64,000 bases of DNA from an uncultured Gemmatimonadota bacterium (GCA_964627425.1 CAZVIY010000008.1:2586-66585), one strand, 5' to 3'; numbered from the stretch's first letter, positions 8,797-18,663 are shown. Made by a program: numbers and translations. The notes: generated from the sequence alone by a model not told the origin.

Positions 8797-9842
8797 ACGC
8801 CGATACGGCGGGTGCGATCCGATCCGCCGGGGCGGGCGTGCTCCTCGGCGGCGGGCTGGGACTGGCGCTCGTGGGAGGGATCGGCCCCGCGGTGCCGGCG
8901 GTGGGGCTGACCGTGGCCGCCGCCGGGGCCGTGTGGCTGGGCGTCGAGTGGTGGAGGGCCCGGCGGGAGGCCCGGGCGCTGCGGCAGGTGGCCCGGGGGC
9001 TCCGGTCCCGGCTGGAGAAGCTGGAATCGTCTCGCGACGAGCTGGAACACGACTTCGACGACCTCCGGGATCACCAGGCCGAGGTGGTGAATTCGGCCCG
9101 TCTGGCCACCCTGGGCTCGCTCACCGCGGGAATCGCCCACGAGCTGGACACCCCGCTGGGCTCCCTCCGCAGCAACCTGGACACCCTCCGGCGCTCGCTG
9201 AACCGGCTCCAGGATATCCTGGCCGACGAGCGGGTGGACGAGTCCGAGCTGGACGACGTCCGGCGGATCGTGCGGGCCGTGGACGGAATCATGGACACGA
9301 ACGAGCTGGCCGTGGACCGGCTGGTGGAGCTGGTGGGGAGCCTCCGGACCTTCGCCCGTCCCGATCGATCCGAGCGGGACCGGGTGGACCTCCACGAGGC
9401 CCTGGAGGAGACCCTCGCCCTCCTGCAGCACGAGCTCAGGGACGGCATCCGGGTGACGAAGGAGTTCGGCGACCTCCCCCGCGTGGAGTGCTATCCGGCG
9501 AAGCTGAACCAGGCCTTCATGAACCTGCTGGTGAACGCGTGCCACGCCATCGAGGACGAGGGCGAGATCGCGGTCCGCACCTCCGCGGCCGACGGCCGGG
9601 TCGAGATCCGGATCGAGGACACCGGCCACGGGATCTCACCGGAGCACCTGGAGCGGATCTTCGAGCCCGGATTCACCACCAAGGGCTCGCGGGTTGGGAT
9701 GGGCCTGGGTCTTCCCATCACCCGTCAGGTGGTGGAGGAGGAGCACCGGGGCGAGATCTCCGTGGAGAGCGAGCCCGGAGAGGGGACCCGGTTCACCCTC
9801 CGGCTCCCCGTGGAGCTCACGTCGTCGGGGTCCGGCGGATGA
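8793..9842 (+). CDS. Sensor histidine kinase (two N-terminal TM helices with no evident periplasmic loop)
   Basis: GTG start overlaps the upstream stop by 4 nt. H-box LTAGIAHELDTPLG, N-box NLLVNACHA, G-boxes DTGHGI and GMGLGL. Confidence 0.9.
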   Translation: MNADTAGAIRSAGAGVLLGGGLGLALVGGIGPAVPAVGLTVAAAGAVWLGVEWWRARREARALRQVARGLRSRLEKLESSRDELEHDFDDLRDHQAEVVNSARLATLGSLTAGIAHELDTPLGSLRSNLDTLRRSLNRLQDILADERVDESELDDVRRIVRAVDGIMDTNELAVDRLVELVGSLRTFARPDRSERDRVDLHEALEETLALLQHELRDGIRVTKEFGDLPRVECYPAKLNQAFMNLLVNACHAIEDEGEIAVRTSAADGRVEIRIEDTGHGISPEHLERIFEPGFTTKGSRVGMGLGLPITRQVVEEEHRGEISVESEPGEGTRFTLRLPVELTSSGSGG

Positions 9843-10822
9843 TCGCCCGGGAGCGGACCGCGGGTGTCGCACGGATCGGGGGGCTCCTGAGCGTCGTCCT
9901 CGCCCTGACCCTCCCTCCCGTCCCTGCCCTCGCCCAGGACGCGAATCTCCGCATGCATCCCGACACGGCGGAGCGCTACCTGGCCGAGGAGTCCTTCGAG
10001 ATCGACGCCTGGCGCGGGGCCCGCTTCCCCGACGACAGGACCCGCCAGGTCATGCTCAGCTTCGGAGACGGCGTCTCCATCCTGGCCAAGTGGCTCCCGG
10101 CGCCGGAGGGCGGGAGCGAGTTCAACAACGTGCCCCGCTACGAGGCGGCCGCCTACCAGCTCCAGAAGCTCTTCCTGGAGCCGGCCGAGTACGTGGTCCC
10201 GCCCACGGCGTGCCGGTGCGTGTCCCTGGAGCAGGTGCGGCGCCACGACGACCGGGCCCGCGCCACCTTCCGGCGGTTCCCCTGCGCGCTGGTCACCCTC
10301 CAGTACTGGCTCTGGTCGGTGACCGACGAGGGCGTCTTCGACGAGGATCGGTTCCGCCGGGACACGGCCTACGCCCGACACCTGGCGAACGCCGACGTCC
10401 TCACCTACCTGATCGACCACAAGGACGCCAACGTGGGTAACGTCCTGATCTCCACCGAGGCCGAGAGCCCCCGGGTCTTCGTGGTGGACAACAGCGTGGC
10501 GTTCGACTCCGAGCGAAGCGACCGGGGCACCGACTGGGGCAGGCTCCGCGTGGAGCGGCTCCCCCGGACGACCGTCGAGCGCCTCCGACGCATCGACCGG
10601 ACGGAGCTCCACCGCCGGCTCACCGTGGTGGCCCAGTTCGAGGCCGGCGAGGAAGGCGTCCGTCCCGCCGAGCCCACCCCGCCCCTGGACCGGTACATCG
10701 GGATCCGGCGTGAGGACGGGATCCTCCAGCTCGGGCTGGACCGGGACGAGATCGAGAAGGTCTACGAGCGTATCCAGGAGCTGCTGGAGCGCGTGGACCG
10801 GGGCGACCTCGGGACCTTCTGA
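9839..10822 (+). CDS. Secreted hypothetical protein with lipid/protein-kinase-like catalytic-loop motifs
   Basis: ATGA overlap with the kinase stop. In frame within ORF 8933-10822. Signal peptide MIARERTAGVARIGGLLSVVLALTLPPVPALAQD. LIDHKDANVGNVLIS and VVDNSVAFD resemble the DRHxxN / DFG-like elements of PI3/4-kinase-like or HipA-like folds (by eye only). Confidence 0.6.
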   Translation: MIARERTAGVARIGGLLSVVLALTLPPVPALAQDANLRMHPDTAERYLAEESFEIDAWRGARFPDDRTRQVMLSFGDGVSILAKWLPAPEGGSEFNNVPRYEAAAYQLQKLFLEPAEYVVPPTACRCVSLEQVRRHDDRARATFRRFPCALVTLQYWLWSVTDEGVFDEDRFRRDTAYARHLANADVLTYLIDHKDANVGNVLISTEAESPRVFVVDNSVAFDSERSDRGTDWGRLRVERLPRTTVERLRRIDRTELHRRLTVVAQFEAGEEGVRPAEPTPPLDRYIGIRREDGILQLGLDRDEIEKVYERIQELLERVDRGDLGTF

Positions 10823-10890
10823 ACGGTATCAGGAGGGGCACGAGTCGGAGCGGATCCGGGCGAGGCCGAACCACACCCCAGCCCCGAGCG

Positions 10891-12168
10891 TTGCAGGAGA
10901 TGAGACGACATCCGATCCAGTGGGCGGGAATCCTCGCCCTGATCGTCGGGATGACGGGCTTCGGGACGTCCCACCAGGCCGGTCGTGCAGGTGGAACGTC
11001 CGCCGCCCAGGAGGGGACCCGGTACGCGGGCGAACACGGCCTGTGGATCTCTCTCCACGGGGATTCGGTCACCGTCCGGTGGCTCACCTCGGGACGGAGC
11101 CCGGGCCGGCTGGAGGCGGTGGCGGACGGCCGGACCGTCCGTGAGGCCACCACCCCGAAGAGCCGGGGCCACCGGGTCGCCCTGCCGCGGCCCGAGGCCC
11201 GGCGGTTGCGGCTCCGGTACGGGGCCGACGGGGGGAGGATCCACGAGACGGAGATCCGCCTGGAGGAACCCGACCCCGACTGCTCCCGGGCCGAGGGGAT
11301 CGTGGAGGGAGTCGACAGCCTCTACGTGGTGGGCGACGTCCACGGACAGTACGAGCGACTCGTGCGCCTCCTGCGGAACGCCGGCCTCGTGGACGGCGAC
11401 GCACGCTGGGCCGGAGGCCGGAGCCACCTGGTCTTCCTGGGGGACCTGATGGACCGGGGGCCGGACGTCCGGCGGACCCTCTGGTTCGCCTACCGGCTCC
11501 AGGAACAGGCCGCCCGGGCCGGCGGCCGGGTCCACATGGTGCTCGGGAACCACGAGGTCATGGTACTGACCGGCGACCACCGGTACGCAGCACCGAAGGA
11601 GCAGCTCCTGGCGCGGCTCCACGGCGTCCCCTACCGGGAGCTGTACCATCCCGACCGCTCGGTCCTGGGGCGCTGGATCGCCTCGTGGCCGGCCGCCCTG
11701 AAGGTGGACCGGATCCTCCTGGCCCACGGCGGGATCGGCCCGGCATACGGCGGCTGGAGCGTGGAGGCGCTGAACGACTCCGCCCGGGCGTGGATGGCCG
11801 AGCCGCTCTTCCGCTACTTCGCCGACACCACCGTGGCCGTCGAGCCCATGGATTCGGCGGCCGTGGCCCGGCGCCTCCGGTTCTTCTTCGAAGAGCCGAG
11901 CCCCCTCTGGTTCCGCGGCTACGCGCGGACCGATACCCTGGGCGAGGTCCTCCGGGAGACCCTGGAGCACCACGACGCCAGGCTCCACGCCATCGCCCAC
12001 ACGCCGGTGCCCGAGATCCGGCACAACTACGGGGACTCGGTGGCCCTGGTGGACCTGCGGGAGCCGGCCTCGGAGCTCCTGCTGCTGGCCCGTTCCGGCG
12101 ACGGCTACCGGCGGTGGGCCTTCCCGATGGAGGGGGAGGCTCGGAAGGTGCCGCCGGAGCGCAGGTAG
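10891..12168 (+). CDS. Calcineurin-like metallophosphoesterase (PPP/ApaH-type phosphatase) with N-terminal signal/anchor
   Basis: Motifs YVVGDVHG, FLGDLMDRG and VLGNHE (GDxHG / GDxxDRG / GNHE). N-terminal hydrophobic segment WAGILALIVGMTGFG. Start is either TTG 10891 or ATG 10900. Confidence 0.85.
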   Translation: MQEMRRHPIQWAGILALIVGMTGFGTSHQAGRAGGTSAAQEGTRYAGEHGLWISLHGDSVTVRWLTSGRSPGRLEAVADGRTVREATTPKSRGHRVALPRPEARRLRLRYGADGGRIHETEIRLEEPDPDCSRAEGIVEGVDSLYVVGDVHGQYERLVRLLRNAGLVDGDARWAGGRSHLVFLGDLMDRGPDVRRTLWFAYRLQEQAARAGGRVHMVLGNHEVMVLTGDHRYAAPKEQLLARLHGVPYRELYHPDRSVLGRWIASWPAALKVDRILLAHGGIGPAYGGWSVEALNDSARAWMAEPLFRYFADTTVAVEPMDSAAVARRLRFFFEEPSPLWFRGYARTDTLGEVLRETLEHHDARLHAIAHTPVPEIRHNYGDSVALVDLREPASELLLLARSGDGYRRWAFPMEGEARKVPPERR

Positions 12169-12238
12169 CCGGCAGGCACGGTCGCGAGATACCTCGCGGA
12201 GGTCACCGCCCCTCGCGAGGGGCCGGTGGTCGGCCTCC

Positions 12239-12364
12239 TCAGCCCGCCGCTGCCGCGGCGCCTCCCGTCTTCGGATTGGGACCGTACTGGTTCGTCCCCT
12301 CCTCGCTGTCCAGCACCATGAAGACCAGGAGGACGATGACGCCGATCACGGGGAGGAAGCCCAC
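12239..12364 (-). pseudogene. DUF805-like C-terminal remnant (or 41-aa TM micro-ORF)
   Basis: Reverse frame reads ...GRSHDRGWWLPVGFLPVIGVIVLLVFMVLDSEEGTNQYGPNPKTGGAAAAAG*, which resembles the DUF805/YhaH C-terminus (RLHD..SxWW..IP.IG...G.NRFGPDPK). The frame is open only from 12463. The only start codon is the GTG at 12364. The upstream part overlaps the 3' end of the BNR gene. Confidence 0.35.
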
Positions 12365-12398
12365 CGGGAGCCACCACCCTCGGTCATGGCTCCTCCCG

Positions 12399-13811
12399 TC
12401 AGCGGGGAACGCGCCCGTGCACCAGGAGGATCCGGCTCGCGGACAGGGGCTCGAATCCGCTGTTCACCACGGCCACCTCGCCCTCCGGGTTCACCGCGAG
12501 CTTCGCCGTGAGCCGTCCCTGAAGGCTGCCGTTCAGCGTGAAGGCCGGCTCGCCGGTCCCCGGCACGGTGCTCCACCCCGCGAAGGACCGGCCGCCGTCG
12601 GTGGAGAGGGCGAGGCCCAGGCCGCGAGGGTGCTCGGATCCCTCGGCGTAGAGCTCCCAGAGGAGCAGGGGGTCGCCCTGGCCGTCCAGGGCCAGGGAGG
12701 GAAAGCGGAAGGCCGCGTGGTCGGCCCCGGGCGCCGCGACCTCCACGGGAGGAGCGAAGCCGGGGTCCGGACCGGAGGCGGGACCGGCGTCCGACCCGGG
12801 GCCCGGGCCGGGATCGGAGGCGGAGCGGGCACCCGGGCCGGGGGAACGCGCGTACAGGATGCGGTCCGCACCCACGACGCCGGCCGGGCTCTCGTGCCAC
12901 GCCAGGTGGAGGGCCCCGTCCGCGAACACGGCCAGCTCCGGCGCGTCGGCCTGGCCGTCCCCCTCGAAGAGGACCCGGGTCTCCCCGTACGACCTCCCGC
13001 CGTCGGCGGACGTGGCGTACCGGAGGTCGGCCGACGCCTCCTGGCCCACCGCCCACGCCAGGTGGACGGCCCCCTCGGGCCCCACCGCCACGGAGGGGGC
13101 CCGGGCCGGCTCGTGCCGTCCTCCGCCCGTCACCCGGACCGGCGCCGAGAAGCTCGTGCCCCCGTCTCCGGACCGGCTCGCGAAGAGGCCACCCTCGTAG
13201 ACCGTCCAGACGGCGATCAGCTCGCCCTCCGGACCCGGAGCGAGGTCGAGGCTCCCGTTGTGCCACCGGTCCGGGCTCATCCGCCCCTTCCCCGCCCCGG
13301 CGGCCGTGTTCGACAGGTTGACCGGCTCCCCGAAGCTCCGCCCGCCGTCGGTCGACCGGGCGAAGAAGGCCTCGCCCCCGTGGGTGCCGCCGGAGAAGAC
13401 GATCTCCTGCCACAGCAGGTAGATCTCTTCGCCGTCGACCGAGGTCACGACCCGGGGGAGCCAGGAGAAGACGTCGGGGCTGCGGGAGACGTTCACGGGC
13501 TCCTCCAGGAGCGGCTCCCCGTCGGGACCGTATCGCCGGAAGAGGACGTCCTTCCGGCTCTGGTCCACCCAGGCCACCGCGGCCCGGCCGGACGTGTCCA
13601 GCGCCACCGCGGGGTCGTCCACGTAGCGCCAGACCGACCGGTTCATCCGCCAGGGCCCCACGAAGCCGCCGCCGGAGTCGACGACGACGCTCCATTCCCA
13701 GGCGACCGGCGAGGAGACCTCCTCCGGCTCCTCATCCATCAGCGTCACCGTCAGGGCCGCTGCCCCGGCCAGCAGGCCGATCAGGCCAGCGCCGATCCAG
13801 CCCTTCCGCAC
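12399..13811 (-). CDS. BNR/Asp-box repeat protein (sialidase-like beta-propeller), membrane-anchored or secreted
   Basis: Asp-box repeats STDGGRSFGEP, SGDGGTSFSAP, SADGGRSYGE, STDGGRSFAGW. N-terminal hydrophobic anchor GWIGAGLIGLLAGAAAL. Confidence 0.8.
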   Translation of the reverse strand: MRKGWIGAGLIGLLAGAAALTVTLMDEEPEEVSSPVAWEWSVVVDSGGGFVGPWRMNRSVWRYVDDPAVALDTSGRAAVAWVDQSRKDVLFRRYGPDGEPLLEEPVNVSRSPDVFSWLPRVVTSVDGEEIYLLWQEIVFSGGTHGGEAFFARSTDGGRSFGEPVNLSNTAAGAGKGRMSPDRWHNGSLDLAPGPEGELIAVWTVYEGGLFASRSGDGGTSFSAPVRVTGGGRHEPARAPSVAVGPEGAVHLAWAVGQEASADLRYATSADGGRSYGETRVLFEGDGQADAPELAVFADGALHLAWHESPAGVVGADRILYARSPGPGARSASDPGPGPGSDAGPASGPDPGFAPPVEVAAPGADHAAFRFPSLALDGQGDPLLLWELYAEGSEHPRGLGLALSTDGGRSFAGWSTVPGTGEPAFTLNGSLQGRLTAKLAVNPEGEVAVVNSGFEPLSASRILLVHGRVPR

Positions 13812-13839
13812 GCTCCCGACGCGGGCGACGCTCCGCGGC

Positions 13840-15975
13840 TCACCCCCCGTCCACGCGACGCTCCTCCATCCGCTCCCGCATCCCGTCGGTCATGTGGTCG
13901 GTGAACCACTTCCGGACGTAGAGCTGGGTCCGCATGAAGTTCGAGGGGTTCGAGCCCGTGCCGTGCCACTCGTCGGCCACCTGGATGAGCTTGGCCGGGA
14001 CCTTCCGGATCTTGAGCGCCTGGTAGTACTCGATGGTCTGGGACATGGGCGTGCGGAGGTCCTTCACCCCCGTCATGAGGAGGGTCGGCGTGGAGACGTT
14101 GCCCACGTGCATGAGGGGCGAGCGCTCCAGGTGCTCGGTGGGGTCCTCCCAGGGATACTCCCGGAAGTTGTGGTACCAGTAGGCGCCGTCGGTCGTCCCG
14201 ACGAAGGAGAACCAGTCCACCACGGGGCAGCGGACCACGGCCGCGGCGAAGCGGTCGGTCTGCCCGATGACCCAGGAGGAGAGCACGCCCCCGCCGCTGC
14301 AGCCGGTGACCAGCATGTTCTCCTCGTCCACGTAGCCCCGGGACAGCACCTCGTCCACGCCGGCCATCAGGTCGTCGTAGTCCCGGCCGGGGTAGGCGTG
14401 GTTTATCTCGTCCACGAACTCCGTGCCGTAGCCCGTTGAGCCCCGGGGGTTCGTGTAGAGCACCACGTAGCCGTTGGCCGCGTGGTTCTGGAAGGAGTAG
14501 CTGAACCCCACGTCGTACATGGCCCACGGGCCGCCGTGGATCCGGAGGATGAGGGGGTACTCCTCGGAGGGATCGAAATCGGGCGGCTTCACCACCCAGC
14601 CCTGGATCTCCAGCCCGCCGGCCGACTCGTAGGTGATCTCCTCCACCTGGCCCAGCTCCACGCCCTCCAGGACGTCGGCGTTCACGGCGGTGAGCCACCG
14701 GAGCCCGGCCGGCCGGTCACCGTCCACCGGGAAGGAGACCACGTCCTCGGGCCGGTGGGGCGTGGAGACCACGGCCACGGCCGTGCCGTCCCGGTTCACG
14801 TCCGAGAGGTAGAGCACGTGCCGGCCCTCGGTGACCCGCCGGACCTCGCCGTCGGTGGAGGCGAACCAGGCGTTCCGCCGGCCGTGGTCGCCGACCGTGT
14901 AATAGACCCCCGAGCCGTCGGGGGCCCAGGTCACGTTTCCGGGCGACCGGTCCTGTCCCGCCTGGACGGGCCGGGGGTTCGAGCCGTCGGCCTCCATCAG
15001 GTACAGCTCGTCCACCAGGTACGTTTTCCCGGTGGAATCGGCGCCGGTGTAGGCGATGTACCGGCCGTCGGGCGAGACGGCGGGGTCGCCGTCCGGGCCG
15101 TTCCGGTCGGTGAGCTGCCGGATCTCCCGGGTGGCCACGTCCAGGGCGTAGATCTCCGACTCCCACATCTCGTACTCGGCGTCCTCCCGCCGCAGGCCGT
15201 CGAAGTAGATGGTGCTCCCGTCGGGGCTCCAGACGGGGTCGCCGTGGTCGTAGTCGCCGTGGGTGAGCTGCCGCGGCGTGCCTCCCTCGGCGGGGACGAC
15301 GAAGACGTGGACGTGGCCCTCGGGCACCACCCCGCGGCCGTCCTGCCGCCAGTCCAGGCGGTCCACCACCAGCGGGCTCTCCGTCCACTCCGCCCCCTCG
15401 GGCCGGTCCGGGAGGTCCACGGAGTAGGTGTCCTCGTCCTCCACCAGCATGTTGAAGGCGATGGACCCGCCGTCGGGCGACCAGGCGATGTCCGAGGCCC
15501 CCTCGGTGAGGCGCGTCACCTGGGTCACGCTCCCCGCGCCCTCGCCCTCCATGATCCGGACCCAGATCTGGCGCTCGCTCCCCTCCGGGCAGTCCTGGAG
15601 CGCCGAGCGGTCGCCCCCCGGCGTGCCGCAGGCCAGGAACGCGATCCGGTCGCCCGAGGGGGACCACCGGGGCGAACTCCCCTCCACCAGGTGGCGGTTC
15701 CGGCTCCCGTCGGCGTTCATGATCCACAGCGCCGACTTCCGGCCGTCGTTCATGGGATCCATCCACTGGCGGGCGTAGACGATCCGCCCGCCGTCGGGGG
15801 AGATCCGCGGGTCGCCCACCCCCTCCATGTCGAAGTACCGATCCAGGGTCAGCCGCGTCTCCGACGGGTCCTCCGGCGGGGCGTCCGCCGGCTGCTGCGC
15901 GGCGGCGGGGCCGGCGGGGAGCAGGAGGAGCGAGGCCAGGGCGGCGGAGATCGGAAGGGAGAGGGCGAGACGCAT
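13840..15975 (-). CDS. S9 family serine peptidase (prolyl oligopeptidase / acylaminoacyl-peptidase type) with TolB-like beta-propeller
   Basis: Within ORF 13840-16266. Start at the internal ATG 15975 gives signal peptide MRLALSLPISAALASLLLLPAGPAAAQ. Repeated SPDG propeller motifs. Catalytic GCSGGG (GxSxGG) and a C-terminal Asp/His region. Confidence 0.85.
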   Translation of the reverse strand: MRLALSLPISAALASLLLLPAGPAAAQQPADAPPEDPSETRLTLDRYFDMEGVGDPRISPDGGRIVYARQWMDPMNDGRKSALWIMNADGSRNRHLVEGSSPRWSPSGDRIAFLACGTPGGDRSALQDCPEGSERQIWVRIMEGEGAGSVTQVTRLTEGASDIAWSPDGGSIAFNMLVEDEDTYSVDLPDRPEGAEWTESPLVVDRLDWRQDGRGVVPEGHVHVFVVPAEGGTPRQLTHGDYDHGDPVWSPDGSTIYFDGLRREDAEYEMWESEIYALDVATREIRQLTDRNGPDGDPAVSPDGRYIAYTGADSTGKTYLVDELYLMEADGSNPRPVQAGQDRSPGNVTWAPDGSGVYYTVGDHGRRNAWFASTDGEVRRVTEGRHVLYLSDVNRDGTAVAVVSTPHRPEDVVSFPVDGDRPAGLRWLTAVNADVLEGVELGQVEEITYESAGGLEIQGWVVKPPDFDPSEEYPLILRIHGGPWAMYDVGFSYSFQNHAANGYVVLYTNPRGSTGYGTEFVDEINHAYPGRDYDDLMAGVDEVLSRGYVDEENMLVTGCSGGGVLSSWVIGQTDRFAAAVVRCPVVDWFSFVGTTDGAYWYHNFREYPWEDPTEHLERSPLMHVGNVSTPTLLMTGVKDLRTPMSQTIEYYQALKIRKVPAKLIQVADEWHGTGSNPSNFMRTQLYVRKWFTDHMTDGMRERMEERRVDGG

Positions 15976-16259
15976 GGGAACTCCCCGTGATGGAGGATCC
16001 TGATCGACGGGACCCGCCGGCGGCGGGCCCGAGCCCGCTCGCGGGGCGGCTCGCGACGCCAGCCGCGAGAGGCTACGCCTCCTGATCGTAGGGGCCCGCC
16101 ACGGGGAAGGAAAGATTCGCGGGGGCCGGGGGCGAGGGGACCGCGACGCCCGAACCCTGTGCCGGCGAGGAGGCCCCGATAGGTTGTCCGGTCGATGCGT
16201 CCTCCGACCGTCCCAGCCCGTGCCGCCCCGCCAGGGGCGTCCCCCCGGGGAGCGAGAGC

Positions 16260-17171
16260 ATGACACCGTCCCTCCCGAAGCTGCTCCTCCGACTGATCAA
16301 CCCGGTGCGGCTCTATCGGGCGCTCCGGGCCGGCCGGCGGGCGGAGCGGACCGAGCGGACCGACCTGGATCCGCAGCTCCGGCTCTACGCCCGGATCCTG
16401 GACCACGGGCACCTCCACTACGGCTACTTCGAGGACAACGACCTGGAGGGCGCGGCCATCTCCCTGGCCGACCTCCGCGAGGCCCAGCGCGCCTACGCCC
16501 GCCTGCTGCTGGACCACCTCCCCGACGACGACCGACCGGTGCTGGACTGCGGCTGCGGCATGGGAGGCCTCCTCCGCCTCCTCGCCGAGCGGGGCCGCGC
16601 GGCCGTGGGCGTCACCCCGGACGCGGCCCAGGTGGAGTACCTCGAGCGGACCCTGGAGGAGGTCCCCGTCCACCGGACCACCTTCGAGGCGCTGGACACC
16701 CGCCGACACGCCGCCGCCTACGGGGCCGTGGTGTGCTCCGAATCCCTCCAGTACCTGGACCTGGAGCGCGCCGTCCAGGTCGCCGGCGAGATCCTGGCCC
16801 CCGGGGGACGGTGGATCATCTCCGACTACTTCCGGCTCCACGAGGCGACCCACGAGGACTCCGGTCACCTGCTGGAGGCGTTCCGGGAGGCGGTGGCAGA
16901 GGGGGGCTGGTCGGTCCGGGAGGAGAGGGACATCACGGAGCACGTCATCGGCACGCTGGACTACGCCCACGCCCTGGCCGACGGGATCGGGAGGCCGCTG
17001 GTGGACTTCCTCGTGGGAAAGCTCCGCGCGAAGAAGCCGACGCTGTACCACCTCTACCGGGAGGAGATCCGGCGGCTGGACGGACGGCTCCGCCGGGAGA
17101 TGGGGACCATCGATCCGGAGCAGTTCCGACGGGACAAGAGCTACCGGCTGTTCGTCCTGGAGAGGGACTGA
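16260..17171 (+). CDS. Class I SAM-dependent methyltransferase
   Basis: Motif I VLDCGCGMGG. Typical length and layout. Confidence 0.8.
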   Translation: MTPSLPKLLLRLINPVRLYRALRAGRRAERTERTDLDPQLRLYARILDHGHLHYGYFEDNDLEGAAISLADLREAQRAYARLLLDHLPDDDRPVLDCGCGMGGLLRLLAERGRAAVGVTPDAAQVEYLERTLEEVPVHRTTFEALDTRRHAAAYGAVVCSESLQYLDLERAVQVAGEILAPGGRWIISDYFRLHEATHEDSGHLLEAFREAVAEGGWSVREERDITEHVIGTLDYAHALADGIGRPLVDFLVGKLRAKKPTLYHLYREEIRRLDGRLRREMGTIDPEQFRRDKSYRLFVLERD

Positions 17172-17278
17172 GAGGAGCCGAGGGAGGCCGGCACGAGCGG
17201 GCGCCGTTTGCGCCCGGGACCCCCTGTGGTGACACTGTCCATCGGGACGCTCGACCTCACACCGGCCAGGCCCCTGCC

Positions 17279-18163
17279 ATGCAGATCTACCTGGAGTACC
17301 TGCAGGACATCCTCGACCACGGCCGGCCCCACCGGGACCGCACGGGGACGGGCACGATCCGCGTGTTCGGACGCCGGATGCGGTTCGATCTCTCCGAGGG
17401 ATTCCCGCTCCTGACCACCAAGCGCGTCTGGTTCAGGGGGGTGGCGGCGGAGCTGCTGTGGTTCCTCTCCGGGGAGACCAGCATCCGGCCCCTGGTGGCC
17501 CGGGGCGTGTCCATCTGGACCGACTGGCCCCTGGAGCGATACCGCCGGGAGACGGGCCGGGAGATCTCCCGGGAGGAGTTCGAGCGGCGGATCCTGGACG
17601 ACGAGGCCTTCGCCCGGGAGTGGGGCGACCTGGGGCCCGTGTACGGAAAGCAGTGGCGCGATTTCCGGGGGCCCGAGGGGCGGGTCGACCAGATCGCGCG
17701 GCTCGTGGAGTCCCTGCGGGAGGATCCCGGATCGCGCAGGCACCTGGTGAGCGCGTGGCACCCGGCCCAGCTCGGCGAGATGGCCCTGCCGCCGTGCCAC
17801 TACGCGTTCCAGTGCTTCGTGGAGGGCGAACCGGGTGACGGCCACCTGTCCCTCATGTGGCAGCAGCGATCGGTGGACTCCTTCCTGGGCCTCCCGTTCA
17901 ACATCGCCAGCTACGCGCTGCTCACCCACCTGCTGGCCCGGCAGGCCGACCTGACGCCCCACGAGCTGATCTTCAGCGGCGGCGACTGCCACGTCTACCG
18001 GAACCACCTGGAGCAGGTGCGGGAGCAGCTCTCCCGGGACCCCCTCCCCCTGCCCCGCCTCCGGCTCCGGGACGTCCCGTCCATCTTCGAGTACGGGTCC
18101 GAGGACATCGTCCTTGAGGACTACGAGCACCACCCCGCCCTCCGCGCCCCCATCGCGGTGTAG
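17279..18163 (+). CDS. thyA: Thymidylate synthase
   Basis: In frame within ORF 16184-18163, starting MQIYLEYLQDILDHG. Motifs DRTGTGT, DLGPVYGKQWR, ALPPCH (catalytic Cys), DCHVY, C-terminal APIAV. Confidence 0.95.
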   Translation: MQIYLEYLQDILDHGRPHRDRTGTGTIRVFGRRMRFDLSEGFPLLTTKRVWFRGVAAELLWFLSGETSIRPLVARGVSIWTDWPLERYRRETGREISREEFERRILDDEAFAREWGDLGPVYGKQWRDFRGPEGRVDQIARLVESLREDPGSRRHLVSAWHPAQLGEMALPPCHYAFQCFVEGEPGDGHLSLMWQQRSVDSFLGLPFNIASYALLTHLLARQADLTPHELIFSGGDCHVYRNHLEQVREQLSRDPLPLPRLRLRDVPSIFEYGSEDIVLEDYEHHPALRAPIAV

Positions 18164-18165
18164 CC

Positions 18166-18663
18166 GTGCCCGAGATCGTGCTCATCGCCGCCGTGGCGGA
18201 GGAGAACCGGGTCATCGGGAAGGACGGTGGCCTGCCCTGGCACCTCCCCGAGGACATGAAGCGGTACAAACGGCTCACCACCGGGAGCGCGGTGCTCATG
18301 GGCCGGCGGACCTTCCAGTCCGTCCTCCGGCGGCTGGGAGGCCCCCTCCCGGATCGACGGAACGTCGTCCTCACCTCCCGGGGGGAGCTCCCGGAGCACC
18401 CGGAGGTGGAGGCCCACGCGTCGGTCGAGGACGCCCTGGCGGCGCTGGAGGACGAGGACGTGGTCTACGTCTCGGGCGGCGAGTCCGTCTACCGACGGCT
18501 CCTGCCGGAGGCGGACCGGCTGGAGCTCACGCTGGTGGAGGGCGCCTGGGAGGGAGACACCTTCTTCCCCCCGTGGAAGCACCTGGTGGACGGCACCTTC
18601 CGGGTGGCCGCCGAGGAACCCCGGGACGGCTACCGGTTCCTCACGCTCGAGCGGCAGGAGTAG
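18166..18663 (+). CDS. folA: Dihydrofolate reductase
   Basis: VIGKDGGLPWHLPEDMKRYKRLTTGSAVLMGRRTF. Lies immediately downstream of thyA. Confidence 0.9.
   Translation: MPEIVLIAAVAEENRVIGKDGGLPWHLPEDMKRYKRLTTGSAVLMGRRTFQSVLRRLGGPLPDRRNVVLTSRGELPEHPEVEAHASVEDALAALEDEDVVYVSGGESVYRRLLPEADRLELTLVEGAWEGDTFFPPWKHLVDGTFRVAAEEPRDGYRFLTLERQE

Noticed and set aside
17279-18163. ThyA carries ~30 extra residues (PLERYRRETGREISREEFERRILDDEAFAREW) before the DLGPVYGKQWR motif, compared with the E. coli-type enzyme.
   Set aside because: Insertions at this surface position are a known lineage-specific ThyA variation (for example the Lactobacillus casei-type insert). The catalytic motifs are intact, so this is not unusual.
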